From Promethearchaeota archaeon (GTDB lineage: Archaea > Asgardarchaeota > Lokiarchaeia > Sigyniarchaeales > SOKP01), in the NCBI GenBank assembly GCA_048940645.1, contig JBHLOI010000011.1:14103-78102 (forward strand): DNA of 64,000 bases, read 5' to 3'. The notes under the pieces were generated by a model. The model was not told where the DNA came from, searched no databases, and was given only the letters and a program-made list of their open reading frames with translations. A program made the position numbers and the translations under genes. The number at the start of each line of letters is the position of its first letter. The first letter of the stretch is position 1. Positions 18,601 to 24,677 of the stretch are shown here, piece after piece.

Positions 18601-19376
18601 GTAGTTTTTTCAATAGAAACATCATTAAAGTCTTCTTGAAAAAGAGAAGATCTGATCGCGCCAATTATAGCATTACTTTTAAGAGATGTGACATGAAAAT
18701 GATGGTAATCGGAAGCAAATAAAGATTTAAGTTTTGCTCCGTAATGAAATAATTTTTCATTTAGTTGTCCAATTTTACGGGAATTTAGCGTCCCTTGTGT
18801 AGAGCTAAATACAACGATATAGATATAGGTCTTGAATGCTCCAGATCTTTTTTTGGTATGTACTACTTGATAGGTGAAGGGGACATACTCATTAATATCT
18901 GAAAATGCTTTTAAGAAATGCATTAGAGAGGGATGTACATTTTCAGCCATCACCCTAATAGAAAAGATTTTCATTCCAACTGTAAGAAGATCTTTATAAT
19001 TTGTATAATACAATGTGCTTTGATCTTCCTTTATCTGCCAAAAAATGATATCCTTAAATGGATGGAACGTGGATTTCCCTCTCCATATAAAAAATGCTTC
19101 ATAAAAAACTAAGGAAAACCCTAACTCCAAGATAATTGTTAGACCTATTGTTAAATATAGGTTATTGCTCAAAAAATATGTCCCTATCATGAATAAAAAG
19201 CCAAAAATTAAGAGAAATATAGTCTTGCTTAAGGAATACTTTATGGAGATATCTCTCCGAGAAGGTTGTTTTTCCCAGATATATTGATATTGGAGTGATG
19301 ATTGAGAAGAATTCTTTTCTTTTTTCTTAGCAACTAATTTCTTTTCATGCAAATATTTTGTATAAAATTGGACCAT
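15672..19376 (-). CDS. Polytopic membrane protein with a VirB4/HerA/FtsK-like translocase domain (Walker A degenerate)
   Basis: Two TM hairpins (residues ~50-98 and ~266-320) are each followed by similar soluble segments ('VGMKIFSIRV..VPFTYQVV' / 'IGIKMYTVNK..LPFTYTAI'). The block 'LHSLLITNGTNFNRELLNMKMAAELIKKEIPCLIFDFTGRWS' is laid out like the P-loop strand/helix plus the next strand of HerA/VirB4. 'FGIICSANEIRYLHPNIYKFLSNLVTFRTTDSRD' resembles the C-terminal part of that fold. Confidence 0.5.
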   Translation of the reverse strand: MVQFYTKYLHEKKLVAKKKEKNSSQSSLQYQYIWEKQPSRRDISIKYSLSKTIFLLIFGFLFMIGTYFLSNNLYLTIGLTIILELGFSLVFYEAFFIWRGKSTFHPFKDIIFWQIKEDQSTLYYTNYKDLLTVGMKIFSIRVMAENVHPSLMHFLKAFSDINEYVPFTYQVVHTKKRSGAFKTYIYIVVFSSTQGTLNSRKIGQLNEKLFHYGAKLKSLFASDYHHFHVTSLKSNAIIGAIRSSLFQEDFNDVSIEKTTLNTFSKRITLLRTIFSSLLLVIFNTYFVLLSFPMLFIIMFNIIFIPVLLIIWWKNIFFQLFSLKFFNYQEISVVDPFQNVRFFLSNRIPDILFAHMDNKELIGIKMYTVNKVLKPPFGSFSKFFSGVNRYQLPFTYTAISRPLSFAEVDKKYAKETREKVRNFIVRRLLNDEDRYNWLDRRGGIWESIFSLSTSFRVPTQHVSTKSISIINKQLYKAGTVLLETFRTNFKRFQLIKLQKQLLESGFQCELVKNNNIYSNGSHLWHVVYQGTALISIITIPNELKKGIDVQIATEFNTPLHLDNFIEIGRALNTETLREEVPAGFLFEQLHSLLITNGTNFNRELLNMKMAAELIKKEIPCLIFDFTGRWSRLLTYFENTKFQQNILYFKLGKAFTLDPFDSEIPYENDNIKYLEYMFEAYAMSFRKDERFMHSFKNSIRQYGGNLNLAKIDLQHKPEYEKNATVEGLLSTLSDISQEDLTFLHTTDENIVKVHEFITTHHTVIVDISISKDYKTLCYLMFLVLSKLIRYCENSPRYFSKFIFLPHVDIVFENAYLDKVANYGLIDKFFDPLKEKNFGIICSANEIRYLHPNIYKFLSNLVTFRTTDSRDIATLSNLLNLNELHGTGYYSSTRNENYQIHFLRNLKHNQILMKRSDVEQSFPVILLIDDVNNAKPLEYNKIVDHMDTLGYDLKFSEKKILSLAQKTKLERDLGEYIEYRNELIRFFKQIKAVQNVAGLYEKKIKKLLLEYLHPKISQNYSQNKKQIMIIRDTIYEILRRYDYLVEDHPRAAGGGQSTRTCLIIGPAYEKAIQEYYEAKSNNPGHIVFNVIKKESSGVPRFLTPKLSHETQIRLKNVLTLNFDGKMLRNLFNINYFIENKQFIASLKMLKVFLSDYFKRCYLHYYHPENEITKKNVVEFIKLISDIQGFPFYADDLLSLFERCEQIELRTGNQEHLANEVYNLVYDWYISLKKFLNR

Positions 19377-19382
19377 AACTTA

Positions 19383-20249
19383 CTATTCCCCTCGCTTAAA
19401 TAATTTGCGATAGATAATAAAGAGAAGTAATGCTACCCCCAGAAAGGTAATTAGATACATGCTTAATACAGATACTAAATGCTGAAAGACTAACGACTCA
19501 TATATGATAACAGCGTCTAAGAGAATGAAGACTATCACCCCCCCTAGAAGTAAATATTTAAGGCTTACCTGCTGAGAGATTTGATAATAGATATTATAAG
19601 TCAATTTTCCCGTAGCAGAAATACGTCCTTTAGATTTGTTTTTTAGAGAAGATTTTAATCTATTTAACTGTAAAGTTTGTTCAAAAGAATCTTTATTAAA
19701 GGAATCCTCCATTGACTTTCGTAATACTTTTTGTTTTTGTGCGATTTGTTGAAAAAGAAGAGATTTAACACGATCCCGATGATTAATTTTTTTCTTTCCT
19801 TTATTTGTTAAATATGAAAAGAGGTTTAAATCTGAATACTCATGCATATCTTTTGCTTCAAATGATTTGTATACGTTTGGAACATCAATCTTTCGTATTT
19901 CATAATAAATTTCATAAAGTTCTTTGATATGATTATAGGGTAGGTCCCCTCTGAGCTTCATAAATAAAAGTTCTATGGTTTTTAGTGATTCGACAATTTC
20001 TTCAGGAACAATAATAACTTGTACAGATTTATAAAAAATTTGATTGATAAACTCGATATATTCAAATAAATGTTCATATTCAGTTTTTTTTCGGGCACGT
20101 ATTCCTAACTTAGCACTTATTTCATCTACTTTATTACTAATTAAGATTAGGCCTACTACTGCCAATTTTTTATAATTACCGGTAGCTTTGCATAACCGTA
20201 TTAAATTTTTTAGTTTTGAATCAGATAATTGAATATTCATTTTTATCAT
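19383..20249 (-). CDS. Hypothetical protein with a C-terminal TM hairpin
   Basis: 288 aa: soluble helical N-terminal part, then the C-terminal 'LLLGGVIVFILLDAVIIY..LSMYLITFLGVALLLFIIY'. There are 6 nt to the next gene. Confidence 0.5.
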   Translation of the reverse strand: MIKMNIQLSDSKLKNLIRLCKATGNYKKLAVVGLILISNKVDEISAKLGIRARKKTEYEHLFEYIEFINQIFYKSVQVIIVPEEIVESLKTIELLFMKLRGDLPYNHIKELYEIYYEIRKIDVPNVYKSFEAKDMHEYSDLNLFSYLTNKGKKKINHRDRVKSLLFQQIAQKQKVLRKSMEDSFNKDSFEQTLQLNRLKSSLKNKSKGRISATGKLTYNIYYQISQQVSLKYLLLGGVIVFILLDAVIIYESLVFQHLVSVLSMYLITFLGVALLLFIIYRKLFKRGE

Positions 20250-20250
20250 T

Positions 20251-20937
20251 TCACCTTTTATAATCCTTTTTATGTTTATCTAGCTTTAGCTCCTCTTCTC
20301 TGATATATTTATCAAAATCCAGAGGTTCTTGAATTTTTTCAAGATAACGGTTAATTAAGTTTTCAGGAGAGTATGATTCCTTCTCGAATGAGTTTAACGT
20401 ATGGTAATAAAATATGGTATAAGGAAATAAAAGAATAAATCCAATTATTTGTATTAAATACCCAATATGAATTGTGTATAGAAATTGCACTTCTAGATTA
20501 GGATCATTCTGTTCTATAAATGGGAAATACAAATTATTTGGAAATAAATACCAAATAGGGTATATAAAGATATAGAAAGCGGTAAATAACACAGTGAAAA
20601 TGTGAATATATGCATAAAACCGTAATTTTTGAAATGGATGATCCTTCTCAATATCTTTAAATAAAACGCCAAATATAGAGAGGATTACCGATATAATAAA
20701 CAAAATTGTCATTGCAAGAGGTATAGAACTATTTTTTGGTTTATACAGTTCATTAAATATTGAACCAGAGGCAAATACAGGACTGTACCAATCAAAAAGT
20801 GGAGTATAACTCCAATAAATAACTTGTTCTCCTTCTATATTAAACCCTTGGAGAACATACCAATCTAAAAACAATGAAATTACAGCTAACACTAACCCAA
20901 TTACAAATAATTTCCTAAATATACTTTTTATTTCCAT
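20251..20937 (-). CDS. Polytopic (about 4-5 TM) membrane protein
   Basis: 228 aa, hydrophobic throughout, with a charged C-terminal tail. The gap to the downstream gene is 1 nt, and a promoter-like element lies upstream. Confidence 0.5.
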   Translation of the reverse strand: MEIKSIFRKLFVIGLVLAVISLFLDWYVLQGFNIEGEQVIYWSYTPLFDWYSPVFASGSIFNELYKPKNSSIPLAMTILFIISVILSIFGVLFKDIEKDHPFQKLRFYAYIHIFTVLFTAFYIFIYPIWYLFPNNLYFPFIEQNDPNLEVQFLYTIHIGYLIQIIGFILLFPYTIFYYHTLNSFEKESYSPENLINRYLEKIQEPLDFDKYIREEELKLDKHKKDYKR

Positions 20938-20970
20938 ATTGATTATCCCTTAGTAAGGCTAGGTTGTAAG

Positions 20971-20985
20971 TATATAAAGAAAAAA
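20971..20985 (-). promoter_or_regulatory. Promoter element, TTTTTCTTTAAATA class
   Basis: The minus strand reads 'ttttttctttatata', 33 nt upstream of ATG 20937 and directly after the stop of the upstream gene. Confidence 0.4.
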
Positions 20986-20992
20986 TCACTAC

Positions 20993-22699
20993 TTAATCAT
21001 CTAAAAAATCCCCAAATCGAGCTATATATTCTGATTCTATTTCAGATTTTCCTTCTTTCTCATGTTCAAATAGCTCATTGTAATCATGTTCCGTTTTTTC
21101 AACCAAATAATTCTCTGCCTGTTTTTGTTCAATCTTGGTCAATACCTTGTGAGTAGTTATTTTACCAAAGCATTCATACCCAAATTGCAGCATGAGTTCA
21201 TCGGTAAGCTCCTGGGAAATAATCTCTAAACTGGTATCATCCAAGGATAATGCCCTCTGATGATGTGGTACCAAGAAACCATTTTTAATTTCGCGCTGTT
21301 TCACCCTAAAAGTATAATAGAGATATCCAATCATTCCTGCATAGACTCCCAATATTCCATAACTTAAACCAATAAATGTCTGTAATAAAAATCCTAACTG
21401 TGATAATGCAAGAGTTATCATTAATGCCCCAAATCCCACAAAGGGTATCGAATATTGGCGTATCTTTTTTTGAAAGCTTTCTTCAACCTTGTATAATCTC
21501 TTTTCAGGGGGTTCCTCATGGTTATATTCTTCAATATTATAATATTTCTTTTCTAGAAAGCGTATTAATCTAGTCAATTGGTTAGTCTCTATGAAATGAA
21601 TATTTGAGACCCTCTGAAAGGCAAAAGGAAGAGATTTTTCGATAAACTGTATAGCAGAATTGGAGATAAGGATTGGATCAATATATGGTTTAAATTGAGT
21701 TTGTCTAGAATATAGTGAGACGTCTATTGAGGTACTTTCACTTATGTCCATTTCTACCATGAGATACTTTTGAAGATAATGGAATATCTGTTTACGCTGA
21801 GTTATATTTTCTATTAAAACTTGCTGAATTTGTCTTAATTCCTCGATCCAAGTATCTAATTGCATATTTTTCTCCGATAATGAGTGAAATTTTACCTTTT
21901 GTTCTGAGACAATCAAATTATCCTCTATTAAATTAACTATTATAGGGCAAATTAATAAAATGTTCTTAGAGTTTTGCGTTTCAATAGTTTTGATAATAGT
22001 GAGATCAATATTAGAAAAGATATTTTCTAACTCCTTGCCAATTTGAGGGAAGATGTGAAACCCTTCACCTATTACTTTTTTACTGATTTTTTGGATGAGA
22101 ATATCTTCTTCTTTCAACTCACCCTCAATGGAAATCTTACTAAAAATATTCTCTTTTTCTATATCAATTTTGGCTGCTAGTATTTCTTCCTTCCTTTCCA
22201 ATCCCATTTCTGTTTTTGTATATTTTGAAAGTAAACTTTGATGTGGGTAAAAATATTCATTAACATCCAAATCAGTTTCATGAACATATCCCAAATACTC
22301 TTTAGCTGCTTTAACAAATTTTTTAGCAGTTGCTAGGCCAATCCCTTCTACGGTTGCCAATATTTTAGGAGAAGCTTTGGCAAGTTGGTCGATAGAATTA
22401 TACCCAGCTTCCTTTAAGTTTATGGCATGGATAGAGTCAATGCCATTTACTTCTGTCAAATCATTTTTATCTTCTTTGATAACTGCTATTTTAGGTTTAC
22501 GAGAAGTTAGGTTTGCCTTTATATGATTTGTAAATATTTCGAATTTAGGCTTCCATTCAGCATCAAGTTGCAATTCTGCTTCCTTTAATCCTCTTTCGGA
22601 AAACTTTATAGCTTGTTCTATATCTCCAGCTTCCATAGCTTGCTGTGCCATATTATAGATATATTTTAAATCCCATTTTTCATCAATCATATTTTGCAT
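20993..22699 (-). CDS. Membrane-anchored protein with an N-terminal (HhH)2 DNA-binding module
   Basis: 'LTEVNGIDSIHAINLKEAGYNSIDQLAKASPKILATVEGIGLATAKKFVKAAKEY' closely resembles the RadA N-terminal HhH domain. A TM hairpin 'IPFVGFGALMITLALSQLGFLLQTFIGLSYGILGVYAGMIGYLYY' lies near residue 420-465. Confidence 0.55.
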   Translation of the reverse strand: MQNMIDEKWDLKYIYNMAQQAMEAGDIEQAIKFSERGLKEAELQLDAEWKPKFEIFTNHIKANLTSRKPKIAVIKEDKNDLTEVNGIDSIHAINLKEAGYNSIDQLAKASPKILATVEGIGLATAKKFVKAAKEYLGYVHETDLDVNEYFYPHQSLLSKYTKTEMGLERKEEILAAKIDIEKENIFSKISIEGELKEEDILIQKISKKVIGEGFHIFPQIGKELENIFSNIDLTIIKTIETQNSKNILLICPIIVNLIEDNLIVSEQKVKFHSLSEKNMQLDTWIEELRQIQQVLIENITQRKQIFHYLQKYLMVEMDISESTSIDVSLYSRQTQFKPYIDPILISNSAIQFIEKSLPFAFQRVSNIHFIETNQLTRLIRFLEKKYYNIEEYNHEEPPEKRLYKVEESFQKKIRQYSIPFVGFGALMITLALSQLGFLLQTFIGLSYGILGVYAGMIGYLYYTFRVKQREIKNGFLVPHHQRALSLDDTSLEIISQELTDELMLQFGYECFGKITTHKVLTKIEQKQAENYLVEKTEHDYNELFEHEKEGKSEIESEYIARFGDFLDD

Positions 22700-22720
22700 A
22701 CATAGAATAAGTTTTATGTT

Positions 22721-22737
22721 TATATTTAAAGAAAAAA
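22721..22737 (-). promoter_or_regulatory. Promoter element, TTTTTCTTTAAATA class (leaderless geometry)
   Basis: The minus strand reads 'ttttttctttaaatata', 21 nt upstream of ATG 22699. Confidence 0.5.
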
Positions 22738-22750
22738 TTTTTTCTATTTC

Positions 22751-24232
22751 CTAAGAGACTATCTTAATTTTCTTTTTTCCTTGTATAGTTTTAGTTTTTG
22801 TCAGATAGTGGTTGATCAATTCATTCTTTAACTTTTCTGCTGCTTTTTCAATTTCACTTGCTGTCATTTCTTCAGTCTCATGTCCTGCATACTTATCCCA
22901 AGGAGAATCTGTCATAGAAATTTCTTCTTTTTGAAAAATTTTAAGCCCCCAACGGTTAGGATTTTTCCAATAGGGAGTTCCTGGAAATATTTGCAAGATT
23001 CGAATATCAGCAATATCCATCCCTGCACCATCTAATTCGAAAATTAAATCTTTTGTTTCTTGTACTGACTGCCAATTTTCTCCTGGTAATCCTATAACCC
23101 ACGAGCTACCACATAATAAGTCATACTTTTTTGCTGTCCCCACAGCATTGAATAAGTTTTTCACATGTTGATAACCATTACCATGATCCTTACCATTAAG
23201 TTTTTTCAAGACTTGAGGAGAACCAGATTCAGCCCCAAACCAAACAAAAAACGGATCAATTTGCTTTGTAAGTTTGGCAATATTATCAGTAAATAAGTCA
23301 GCTCGCGTTTCAAACATCAGTTTTATGTCTATTTCTGCGTTTTTATACATTTCTACAAACTTACTTAATCTTTGCTTGTTAAGAGTAAACGTTGAGTCTA
23401 CTAGGTATCCCCCTTTACATCCATATTCATCTAATATTTTAAGTTCTTGTCTTAAATTGCTTAGCGGTCTAAATTTTGCTTCTAATCCCCAAAAGTTTGC
23501 ATGTGCACAGAATGGACAATTAAAGGGACACCCTCTTGATGCTTGGATGTTGCAAAAGTGATTATCTTTCATGTAATCTGTAATACATAATCCCTCAAAA
23601 TCATAGGGCGGTATTTTGCTTAAGTCTGGTTCTACAGCATAATAAGGAGAAACATTTATCTTTCCTTTGCGAGTTCTAAAGCAAAAACCTTGGATATTTT
23701 TTCTTTCATTTAACAAAGGATGTTGGATGTATTGCTGAATAGCGACTTCTGCTGGACCTCGTATTAATTGATCAATTGATGAGTGTTTTAAGAAAAAGTC
23801 AGGATACATCGATGGTAATATTCCACCAATCATCACTGTTGTAGCCTGATTTACTTTTTTAACAATATTAGCATACCTAAAAGATTCATGAGCAGCTTCA
23901 GGGGAACCAATCGTCATCCATACTTCATTATAATCAATAGCTCTAATTTTTTGTTCAATTTCATCATCATTAACATATCGTTTTGTTGCATCCAAAATGA
24001 AAGGAATATGATGAGTTTCGACATTACTTTGCTTAGCGATTGAAGATAGCTGAGCTAAACCTAACGGTATTGAATGCAAGCTAGTAAGACGTAATCGATA
24101 TTTCCGATAGATTAAACCTATAGCGTAAATCAATAAATTATTTTTGCTTTTATTTTTTATATTTTGATCTTTGGTTAAAATTTCAAGTGGAGTATTGATA
24201 GGTTCTAAAAGTAACACATTCTTAAGTTTCAT
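22751..24232 (-). CDS. B12-binding-domain radical SAM enzyme
   Basis: 'ASRGCPFNCPFCA' (CxxxCxxC) sits after an N-terminal Rossmann-like segment, followed by 'GAESGSPQVLK'. Confidence 0.75.
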   Translation of the reverse strand: MKLKNVLLLEPINTPLEILTKDQNIKNKSKNNLLIYAIGLIYRKYRLRLTSLHSIPLGLAQLSSIAKQSNVETHHIPFILDATKRYVNDDEIEQKIRAIDYNEVWMTIGSPEAAHESFRYANIVKKVNQATTVMIGGILPSMYPDFFLKHSSIDQLIRGPAEVAIQQYIQHPLLNERKNIQGFCFRTRKGKINVSPYYAVEPDLSKIPPYDFEGLCITDYMKDNHFCNIQASRGCPFNCPFCAHANFWGLEAKFRPLSNLRQELKILDEYGCKGGYLVDSTFTLNKQRLSKFVEMYKNAEIDIKLMFETRADLFTDNIAKLTKQIDPFFVWFGAESGSPQVLKKLNGKDHGNGYQHVKNLFNAVGTAKKYDLLCGSSWVIGLPGENWQSVQETKDLIFELDGAGMDIADIRILQIFPGTPYWKNPNRWGLKIFQKEEISMTDSPWDKYAGHETEEMTASEIEKAAEKLKNELINHYLTKTKTIQGKKKIKIVS

Positions 24233-24264
24233 TTTGATACTTCTCAGAAAGTTATAGTAATAGA

Positions 24265-24291
24265 TTTTTTTCTTTATATTTAAAAGAAAAA
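24265..24291. promoter_or_regulatory. Near-palindromic double promoter element in a divergent intergenic region
   Basis: 'tttttttctttatatttaaaagaaaaa' reads as the motif on both strands around a shared TATA core. Confidence 0.4.
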
Positions 24292-24321
24292 TTAAGTTCT
24301 CTCTTCTTTTTCATTAAGATG

Positions 24322-24337
24322 TTTTTTCTTTATATAT
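24322..24337 (+). promoter_or_regulatory. Promoter element, TTTTTCTTTAAATA class
   Basis: 'ttttttctttatatat', 34 nt upstream of ATG 24372. Confidence 0.45.
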
Positions 24338-24371
24338 CTTAAATCTAGTAAATTTACTGAGGTTTGTATAA

Positions 24372-24677
24372 ATGGGTGTAGAACCGTTAAAAGAAAATGG
24401 CAACATGAAACCTATTCCAAGAAAGATTTTTAAGTGCCCATTTTGTGGATTTTTAATTGAACTTGAAGTGGATCGTACATTATTCACACGGTATGTGAGC
24501 GAAAGCCACTTTTTGTATCCCCACTTGCATATTCATGGCAATCCACTTCATGGAACCCTCTGTTATTTGGATCCTAACATGGCAATACGAAATATTGAAA
24601 TTATCAGAAGTATCGAGATATTCAGGAGTTCCGATACATTCCAACAACTACTAAATAAATGCTTAAATCAGTTATAA
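24372..24677 (+). CDS. Small Cys/His-containing protein overlapping the helicase start
   Basis: 'FKCPFCGF' plus a His-rich 'YPHLHIHGNPLHGTLC'. The 3' end overlaps the next gene by 19 nt. Confidence 0.4.
   Translation: MGVEPLKENGNMKPIPRKIFKCPFCGFLIELEVDRTLFTRYVSESHFLYPHLHIHGNPLHGTLCYLDPNMAIRNIEIIRSIEIFRSSDTFQQLLNKCLNQL

Noticed and set aside
15329-24232. Whether the VirB4-like cluster is part of an integrated conjugative element or provirus.
   Set aside because: I found no integrase, relaxase, coupling-protein, partition or capsid-like genes, no flanking tRNA and no obvious direct repeats. The promoters are the same type as those of the surrounding chromosomal genes. I treat it as chromosomal, but a degraded element cannot be excluded without comparative data.
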